From contig OY760175.1 in the NCBI GenBank assembly GCA_963663165.1, positions 1,536,001 to 1,600,000 of the forward strand: a DNA stretch of 64,000 bases, read 5' to 3'. Origin of the DNA: an uncultured Desulfospira sp. (GTDB taxonomy: Bacteria; Desulfobacterota; Desulfobacteria; Desulfobacterales; Desulfobacteraceae). Position 1 is the first letter of the stretch, and each line of letters starts with the position of its first letter. Shown one piece after another: positions 57,791 through 64,000 of the stretch. The notes under the pieces were generated by a model. That model was not told the origin of the DNA. It worked only from the letters and a program-made list of their open reading frames with translations, and searched no databases. Position numbers and translations under genes: made by a program.

Positions 57791-58026
57791 ACTTATCTTC
57801 CGTAATTAATGATTCACCATAACGTGAAGGTAAATTTTTAGCAACGGATTTTACGAGGCAAATCAGAGCAAACACCTGTAACTTGCCTACAATTTAAACT
57901 CATCGAATGCCATTTCAGTGCGCAGCACTGAAACTCTGTGTTTCTCTGTGCTACTCAGCTCCAAAAGCTTAAAATTTTATTAAGATTATTCTGGGAGAAA
58001 TAATACGGTTACTCTCCAAAATAATG

Positions 58027-58108
58027 GACTTGGGACTTGGGATATGGGACTTGGGGATTGCAGTATCCACGGCCTAACCAAGTCCCATATCCCATATCCC
58101 AAGTCCCC
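58027..58108. repeat. Inverted heptamer arrays (GGACTTG / CAAGTCC)
   Basis: Four units followed by four reverse-complement units. Confidence 0.8.
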
Positions 58109-58400
58109 ATTTTATACATTATTAAATTTACCAGCAAGGAACACATATTGGGGTTGCGGCTTTGCCGCGCTGTGCTTCTCTGTGGTTAAATGAAAAGCGT
58201 GGGCGAAGCCCACAGCTTTAACAAACTGACGTGTTGGATAAAAACAATTCCATCCCTTCGGGATTTCTTGTTTAAAACCACAGAGCCCACAGAGGTTTGG
58301 CTTACGCCAAACACCACAGAGAGGGCATGCCCTATACAAAAGCCGATGGAGCCGGACCTTAAAATCATATATGTTTATGACAATCGCCGAAAAATGCTTT

Positions 58401-59144
58401 TTACATGCGTTTTCCCTGTATGGCGGATTGGATTTCAGCCGCCACCTGTTGTGCCGCCCCGGCCGGGTCAGCCGCATCCCTTATGGGACGGCCGATCACC
58501 AGAAGATCGCTGCCTGCAGCAATGGCCATGGCCGGTGTGGTCACCCGTTTTTGATCGTCGTTTTCAAGCAGGCTCCATTGGGGCCGTATCCCTGGTGTAA
58601 CCGTCAAAAAATCCGGGCCAAAGGCCTGCTTTATCCCGCCGGCTTCCTTTCCTGAGCAGACCACGCCCCGGCAGCCGGCTTTGGCCGCCATACCGGCCCT
58701 GAGCATGACCAGCTTTAAGGGGTCTTCCACAAATTCAGGTTTGAATCCGCCCTGTTCCACACAAAGGGAATCATTGTCCGTCAGCAGGGTCACCCCCAGC
58801 ACACCGGTCTTTCCCTGGCCGCCCTTGACCGCCTTTTCAAGCATCTGGACCGAAGAACTGCAATGAACGGTCACCAGATCAACACCAAGGCCGGCGGCCC
58901 GTTCCATGGCCCGTTCCACCGTAGCGGAAATATCATGTAGTTTTAAATCCAGAAAAATACCGGCCCGGCTCAACTCCCGGACCCTGGCCACCACCGAAGG
59001 CCCCTGGTCGATAAACAATTCCAGACCGATTTTGAACATCCCCACATGGCCGGTAAGAACCCGGACCAGGTCCTCGGCTTCTTTGAGGGTAGCCACATCC
59101 AAAGGAAATACAATATACTGCTCGGCAGTTTTATTTTTGTCCAT
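58401..59144 (-). CDS. pyrF: Orotidine-5'-phosphate decarboxylase
   Basis: KIGLELF, DLKLHDI, TPGIRP, DDQKR and VIGRPI motifs. Confidence 0.96.
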   Translation of the reverse strand: MDKNKTAEQYIVFPLDVATLKEAEDLVRVLTGHVGMFKIGLELFIDQGPSVVARVRELSRAGIFLDLKLHDISATVERAMERAAGLGVDLVTVHCSSSVQMLEKAVKGGQGKTGVLGVTLLTDNDSLCVEQGGFKPEFVEDPLKLVMLRAGMAAKAGCRGVVCSGKEAGGIKQAFGPDFLTVTPGIRPQWSLLENDDQKRVTTPAMAIAAGSDLLVIGRPIRDAADPAGAAQQVAAEIQSAIQGKRM

Positions 59145-59154
59145 ATTCTATTTA

Positions 59155-59832
59155 TTAAGCTCTGGAAACTTCCCGGTTACAATGCTTGCAAACCGTGGCC
59201 CGTTTTTTGATAATCTCGGCACAATAAGGGCATTCCCGGGTAAAGTGGCGTTCATGAAGCTGTTCAATGGCCTTGGCCACCCCTTCCTGAAGCTTTGGGG
59301 TGGGGAATTTATGGTTGATCAGGTGTTCTACCGCCTCGGACCCCCCAAGTTCTCCCACCATTTCAACGGCCTTGAGCCTGGCCCTGGCCGGAATCCCGGC
59401 GTCAAGGGCGATTTTTAAGATCTCATCCCAGTCTTTTGATAAATAATAGTCCGTTAAAATAGAAAAGGTCCTCTTGGTCAGTTCTTTTTTAGCCTCCTCC
59501 CGGATCAGGACCTCATCATCGAGCTTGCTGCCGGTGGCACCAACCGGGCTGAATACGGGCATGTATTCAAAATTGGCCTGGCCGGGCTCATTGATGCAGC
59601 GGTAAGAGGCCGGGGCCTCCATGGTATCCAGCAGGTGTTCCCACCCCTGTTTGTATGAGGGGCAGTCATCGTTAAAGCAGACAAACAGATAGGGGGTTCC
59701 CCACCCGAGACCGTCGGAAAAATTAACAGGCGGAACCTCCCACAGGCTCATCTCCTTCTCGCAGTGGGGGCATCGGGGCTTATCCATTTTCAGATATCGT
59801 TCAAGAAGTTCTTCTTTTGTTTCAAAGGCCAT
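59155..59832 (-). CDS. Zinc-ribbon / HEAT-repeat protein
   Basis: CPHC..CFNDDC at the N-terminus, a central HEAT-like helix pair and CPYC..CKHC at the C-terminus; start MAFET (RBS AGGAG). Confidence 0.7.
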   Translation of the reverse strand: MAFETKEELLERYLKMDKPRCPHCEKEMSLWEVPPVNFSDGLGWGTPYLFVCFNDDCPSYKQGWEHLLDTMEAPASYRCINEPGQANFEYMPVFSPVGATGSKLDDEVLIREEAKKELTKRTFSILTDYYLSKDWDEILKIALDAGIPARARLKAVEMVGELGGSEAVEHLINHKFPTPKLQEGVAKAIEQLHERHFTRECPYCAEIIKKRATVCKHCNREVSRA

Positions 59833-60011
59833 TCTATTGATCTCCTGTAATGTTGTTTGGCCCCCAAAGTTAAGCATGCCGCCCGATATGTCAAACTGGC
59901 AAGACACAAGAAACTGGAAACAAGAAACAAGGATTCCAAGAGCAGCGGTTCCGGCAAAATCCGGTGAAGGACTCCGGCCCTTGGACCTTCATCCTTCATC
60001 CCTCATCCTTG

Positions 60012-61973
60012 TTATTCTATTACCGCCAGCACATCATCCTTGCCCACAGAGTCCCCACTGTTGTAATTCACCGCCTTGACCGTACCGGAAACCGGTGCCG
60101 GCAGGGCGTTTTCCATCTTCATGGCCTCAATAACCACTACGGTTTCGCCCTGGTTGACGGCATCACCCACATTCTTTTCATACTTGATGACCATACCGGG
60201 CATGGGGGACTTGACAGGAGTGCCGGAAGCCGAGGCTGCTGCCGGGGCCGGCTTGGGGGCCGCTGCCGGGGCCGCCGGGGCAGGTGCCGGTGCCGCAGGC
60301 GCCGGTGCGGCAACCGGTGCCGCATAGGAAATAATTGGAGCGCCGCCGATTTCTTCAACACCTACCTCAAAACTTTCCCCATCCACACATACATTAAAAG
60401 TTCTCATATTTTCACTCTTTTCCATTTTTTTCTTATCGGTTAATTGACCGGCCCTGGCCTTTTTGATCATTTCGTCCTGTTTTTTAACGTCTTCAAGGGT
60501 AATGGGTTTAAGGCTGTCGGGGATCTGTTCTTTGCCGTATTTCTGTAAAAGAAATTTTTTGCCCGTTACCGGGAACAGGGCATACAGGATCAGATCCTCT
60601 TCATCCTTGGCCAGATCACCGATCTGTTCTTTGGCCTTTTCAAGTTCGGGTTCGAGAACCTCTGCCGGACGGCAGGCAATGGGCTTCTCTCCCCTGTCAT
60701 ACCCCTTGAGGGCTTTTTTCTGAACCTCAGGGTCAATGGGAACCGAGGTTTTACCGTAAAGACCGTAACACAGGTCTTTAACCTGGGCTGTCACCATCTT
60801 GTACCGCTCATCTTTGGTGTCAAACAGCACGTTGTTCACGGTCTGGGTGCCCACGATCTGGCTTGTGGGGGTAACCAGCGGCACCTGGCCCAGCTCTTTT
60901 CTGACCCGGGGAAGCTCCTTGTAAACCTCATCGATCTTATCAATGGCGTCCATCTCCCGAAGCTGGTTCACCAGGTTGGACAGCATGCCGCCCGGGGTCT
61001 GGTGGAGCAGCACGTTAATATCGATGATGGACACTTTGGTGTCGTCCAGGAGATGCTTGTATTTGGGCATGACCTCTTTTTCAAGAATCTCATTGATATC
61101 CGCCAGGGCCTTGATATCAAACCCCGTATCCCGGTTGGTCCCGAGAAGCGACATGACCAGGGGTTCCAGGGCGGCATGAGAGGTCCGGTAGGCGTAGGGG
61201 GTCAGGCAGGTATCAATGATATCCACCCCGGCTTCAATGGCCTTTAAATGGGTCATGGGGGACATGCCCGAGGTAAAATGGCTGTGCAGGTGAATCAGGG
61301 GGCTGACATTCTCTTTTAAGGCCTTGATCAGCTTATAGGCATCATAGGGCGACATGAGCCCGGCCATGTCCTTGACACAGATGGAGTCCGCCCCCATGTC
61401 CTCCAGGTCCTTTGCCTTTTGAATATAATACTCTAAATTGTAAACATCCCCGCCCAGACGGGGTTCGGTCAGGGTATAGCAGATGCAGCCCTGGAAATGG
61501 GCGCCGCACTCCTTGATCACCGGGACCACGGTTTCAAAATTCCGGTAATCGTTAAGGGCGTCAAAGGTCCGGAACACCTCAAGGCCGTTGTCCACGGTCT
61601 TTTTAACAAAGAGCCTGGCCACATCATCGGCATAGTTTCGGTATCCCACCAGGTTCTGTCCCCGAAGCAGCATGGAAAACGGGGTCTTTTTCATATATTT
61701 TTTAAGGGTTCTCAATCTTTCCCATGGGTCTTCGCCCAGGAACCGGTGCATGGTGTCAAAGGTCGCACCGCCCCAGACTTCAACGGCCCAGAACCCAATG
61801 TCATCCATTTGTTCGGCAATGGGAATCATGTCCTCGGTCCGGCCTCTGGTGGCAAACAACGACTGATGGCCGTCCCGTAAGGACAGGTCCTCTATCTTCA
61901 GCGGGTGTTTGGCCGCCGGCCTGTCTTTGCCGTAATTCATTTCAACCATTTCAATGTGGCTGTGTTCGCTCAT
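60012..61973 (-). CDS. Pyruvate/oxaloacetate carboxyltransferase fused to a biotin carrier domain
   Basis: RDGHQSL.ATR, WGGATFD, KDMAG, PGGM.SN and VTPTSQIVG motifs; Ala/Pro linker; EAMKM biotinylation site. Confidence 0.92.
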   Translation of the reverse strand: MSEHSHIEMVEMNYGKDRPAAKHPLKIEDLSLRDGHQSLFATRGRTEDMIPIAEQMDDIGFWAVEVWGGATFDTMHRFLGEDPWERLRTLKKYMKKTPFSMLLRGQNLVGYRNYADDVARLFVKKTVDNGLEVFRTFDALNDYRNFETVVPVIKECGAHFQGCICYTLTEPRLGGDVYNLEYYIQKAKDLEDMGADSICVKDMAGLMSPYDAYKLIKALKENVSPLIHLHSHFTSGMSPMTHLKAIEAGVDIIDTCLTPYAYRTSHAALEPLVMSLLGTNRDTGFDIKALADINEILEKEVMPKYKHLLDDTKVSIIDINVLLHQTPGGMLSNLVNQLREMDAIDKIDEVYKELPRVRKELGQVPLVTPTSQIVGTQTVNNVLFDTKDERYKMVTAQVKDLCYGLYGKTSVPIDPEVQKKALKGYDRGEKPIACRPAEVLEPELEKAKEQIGDLAKDEEDLILYALFPVTGKKFLLQKYGKEQIPDSLKPITLEDVKKQDEMIKKARAGQLTDKKKMEKSENMRTFNVCVDGESFEVGVEEIGGAPIISYAAPVAAPAPAAPAPAPAAPAAAPKPAPAAASASGTPVKSPMPGMVIKYEKNVGDAVNQGETVVVIEAMKMENALPAPVSGTVKAVNYNSGDSVGKDDVLAVIE

Positions 61974-62036
61974 TTAACCTCTCCTGCATATATGGTTATA
62001 ATCTCTTGAAAATCTTGGCAGTCTGTGGGGGGTATA

Positions 62037-62203
62037 TAGTGTCTGAACGAAACCCCCGTGTTGGGGCGAAAAGTTGCCCAGATGCAAGGCGTAACCAAAG
62101 GTCAGAAACCAGAAAAATTTGTAACCGGAGCAACCATGGGGGGTGTGAGGATTACAAATTCTTCTGCAACGCAGCAGATGGGTGACTTTTCGTTCAAACA
62201 CTA
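62037..62203 (-). mobile_element. MITE-like element family B, complete copy with terminal inverted repeats
   Basis: Ends TAGTGTTTGAACGAAA and TAGTGTCTGAACGAAA (inverted, 1 mismatch); the first TAG is the upstream gene's stop. Confidence 0.88.
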
Positions 62204-62431
62204 CCTAAATACCCGCAGCTGCATCATGGTGTTGGCCTGCATCATGGCCTGACGCCCGGATACACCCCACAGGTTAGGCACCTGAACCGGCCCGAAAGAT
62301 CCGGCCATTTGCGTTGGAGCTGCGCCGGCGGCCTGCATGGCGGCAGCCTCTTCATTGGTTTTGATATAGGTAAAAACAGCCCCCATGATGGCAGCCATCT
62401 TCCTTTTTTCCAGTTCTCCTTGTTTTGGCAT
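62201..62431 (-). CDS. Small accessory (epsilon-like) subunit of an acyl-CoA carboxyltransferase
   Basis: KMAAI.GAV..Y...EE and W..SGR..MM pattern; lies between the two carboxyltransferase genes. Confidence 0.6.
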   Translation of the reverse strand: MPKQGELEKRKMAAIMGAVFTYIKTNEEAAAMQAAGAAPTQMAGSFGPVQVPNLWGVSGRQAMMQANTMMQLRVFR

Positions 62432-62507
62432 AAGTCCTCGCGTTTTTTGGCTTTTAGCTGTTAGCCGTTAGCAATTAGCGGTTAGCCTTTAGCTGTTGGC
62501 TGTATGG

Positions 62508-64000
62508 TTAAACCGGTATGTTGCCGTGTTTCTTGGCCGGCCGGATCTCCCGTTTTGTGGAAAGGGCCTCTAATGCGTCAATGAGCCTTGGCCGGGTCTG
62601 AGAAGGCTGGATCACGGCATCCACATATCCCCTGGCCGCCGCACAATAGGGATTTGAAAACTGGTTGTTGTACTCTTCAATCTTTTCCTTGCGTTTGGCG
62701 GCCGGATCTTCGGCCCCTTTGATTTCCCTTGCATGGATGATATTGGCCGCCCCTTCAGCCCCCATGACGGCCACTTCGGCGCTGGGCCAGGCAAAGGCCA
62801 TATCCGCCCCGAGATGCTTGGAACACATGGCCAGATATGATCCGCCGTAATCTTTGCGGGTAATGAGCAGCAGCTTGGGCACCGTGGCTTCGGAATAGCA
62901 CCAGAGCAGTTTGGCCCCATGCCGGATAATGCCCCCCCATTCCTGGTTGGACCCGGGCAGGTATCCGGGCACATCGGCAATGGTGAGCATGGGAATGTTA
63001 AAGGCGTCGCAAAACCGGATAAACCGGGTGGCCTTGTCCGAGGCGTCAATGTCCAGACACCCGGCCATGTGATTGGGCTGGTTGGCAATGATGCCGATGG
63101 GCCGGCCGTTGAGCCGGGCAAAACAGATCACGATATTCCGGGCAAAATACTGATGGGGCTCAAAAAACTCGCCGTTATCCACAATGGAGGCAATGACCCC
63201 TTTAATATCGTAGGACTGGTTGGGGTTATCGGGAATAATGCCATCAAGCCCGGGGTCGGTCCGGTTGGGATCATCCGTAGGCGGTGCCAGGGGCGGGTCT
63301 TCCATGTTGTTGGACGGCAGATAGGAGAGCAGCTTTTTGATTTGGAGGATACAGTCCTCATCGGATTCGCAGGCAAACTGGGCCACCCCTGATTTCTCGT
63401 TGTGGGCCATGGCGCCGCCAAGGGCCTCAAAACTGATTTCCTCTCCGGTCACGGCCTTGATGACGTTGGGGCCGGTAATAAACATGTAGGAGGATTCTTT
63501 TACCATAAAGATGAAGTCGGTCATGGCCGGTGAATAAACCGCACCGCCCGCCGTGGGCCCCATGATGGCGGAAATCTGGGGGATCACCCCCGAGGCCGCC
63601 GAGTTCCGGAAGAAAATCTCCCCGTACCCGGACAGGGCATCAATGCCCTCCTGTATCCGGGCACCGCCCGAATCGTTCATGCCGATAATGGGGGCCCCGG
63701 CCTTCATGGCCATGTCCATAACCTTGCAGATCTTTTTGGCCTGCATTTCCCCAAGGGAGCCTGCCCGGGCCGTGAAATCCTGGGCATAGGCAAACACCAC
63801 CCGGCCGTCCACCCGACCATGGCCGGTGACCACGCCGTCGGCGGGAATCTGCTTGGTCTCCATCCCAAAGTTGGTACACCGGTGGGTCACAAACATATCC
63901 AATTCCCTGAAACTGCCTTTATCAAAGAGGATATCAAGCCGCTCTCTGGCGTTGAGGACCCCTTTTTCCTTTCGTTTGGCAAGGGCAGCTTCCCCGCCCA
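62508..64000 (-). CDS. Acyl-CoA carboxyltransferase beta / 12S subunit (PccB/MmdA family), 5' end outside the window
   Basis: The frame is open to the edge (GG...ARERL..LFD.GSF.ELD); DSGGARIQEG, GGAVYSPA, RFCDAF and KKHGNIP motifs. Confidence 0.94.
   Translation of the reverse strand, partial: GGEAALAKRKEKGVLNARERLDILFDKGSFRELDMFVTHRCTNFGMETKQIPADGVVTGHGRVDGRVVFAYAQDFTARAGSLGEMQAKKICKVMDMAMKAGAPIIGMNDSGGARIQEGIDALSGYGEIFFRNSAASGVIPQISAIMGPTAGGAVYSPAMTDFIFMVKESSYMFITGPNVIKAVTGEEISFEALGGAMAHNEKSGVAQFACESDEDCILQIKKLLSYLPSNNMEDPPLAPPTDDPNRTDPGLDGIIPDNPNQSYDIKGVIASIVDNGEFFEPHQYFARNIVICFARLNGRPIGIIANQPNHMAGCLDIDASDKATRFIRFCDAFNIPMLTIADVPGYLPGSNQEWGGIIRHGAKLLWCYSEATVPKLLLITRKDYGGSYLAMCSKHLGADMAFAWPSAEVAVMGAEGAANIIHAREIKGAEDPAAKRKEKIEEYNNQFSNPYCAAARGYVDAVIQPSQTRPRLIDALEALSTKREIRPAKKHGNIPV

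Noticed and set aside
61974..62252. ORFs 61974-62201, 62058-62252, 29115-29312 and 29151-29369, which resemble each other
   Set aside because: They are translations of the family B MITE, not genes.

Overview
Mostly core chromosome of a sulfate-reducing deltaproteobacterium; a Desulfobacteraceae-like organism is inferred from the Qrc complex, system II cytochrome c maturation and overall gene content. Left to right: two type II toxin-antitoxin modules (DinJ/RelB with a truncated YafQ, and ParDE) associated with a ~105-bp direct repeat; qrcABCD followed by an unannotated 52-aa membrane ORF; ccsA/resB; a lone recD; a degenerate hemerythrin; mpl; hemL; convergent tRNA-Lys(CTT) and tRNA-Arg(TCT); rpoH through a UPF0280 gene; ampG; acyl-CoA dehydrogenase, phasin and UbiB; a CDF-SPFH fusion/HflC/HflK operon; a PEP-CTERM-type protein and a 1463-aa surface 5'-nucleotidase converging on a DUF6516-type TA pair; an NrtA/CmpA-type ABC transporter embedded in a signalling cluster (cytoplasmic SBP-like protein, REC-SBP fusion, acidic protein, Hpt); a sodium:solute symporter and acyl-CoA synthetase; a DUF294 nucleotidyltransferase with a GAF/HD-GYP gene; pyrF; and a transcarboxylase-like cluster cut by the right edge. 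The intergenic DNA is rich in small repeats: two MITE/REP-like families that usually begin at stop codons, REP pairs and many heptamer arrays. No CRISPR array, integrase or transposase was seen. All family calls come from motif recognition by eye, not from database searches.
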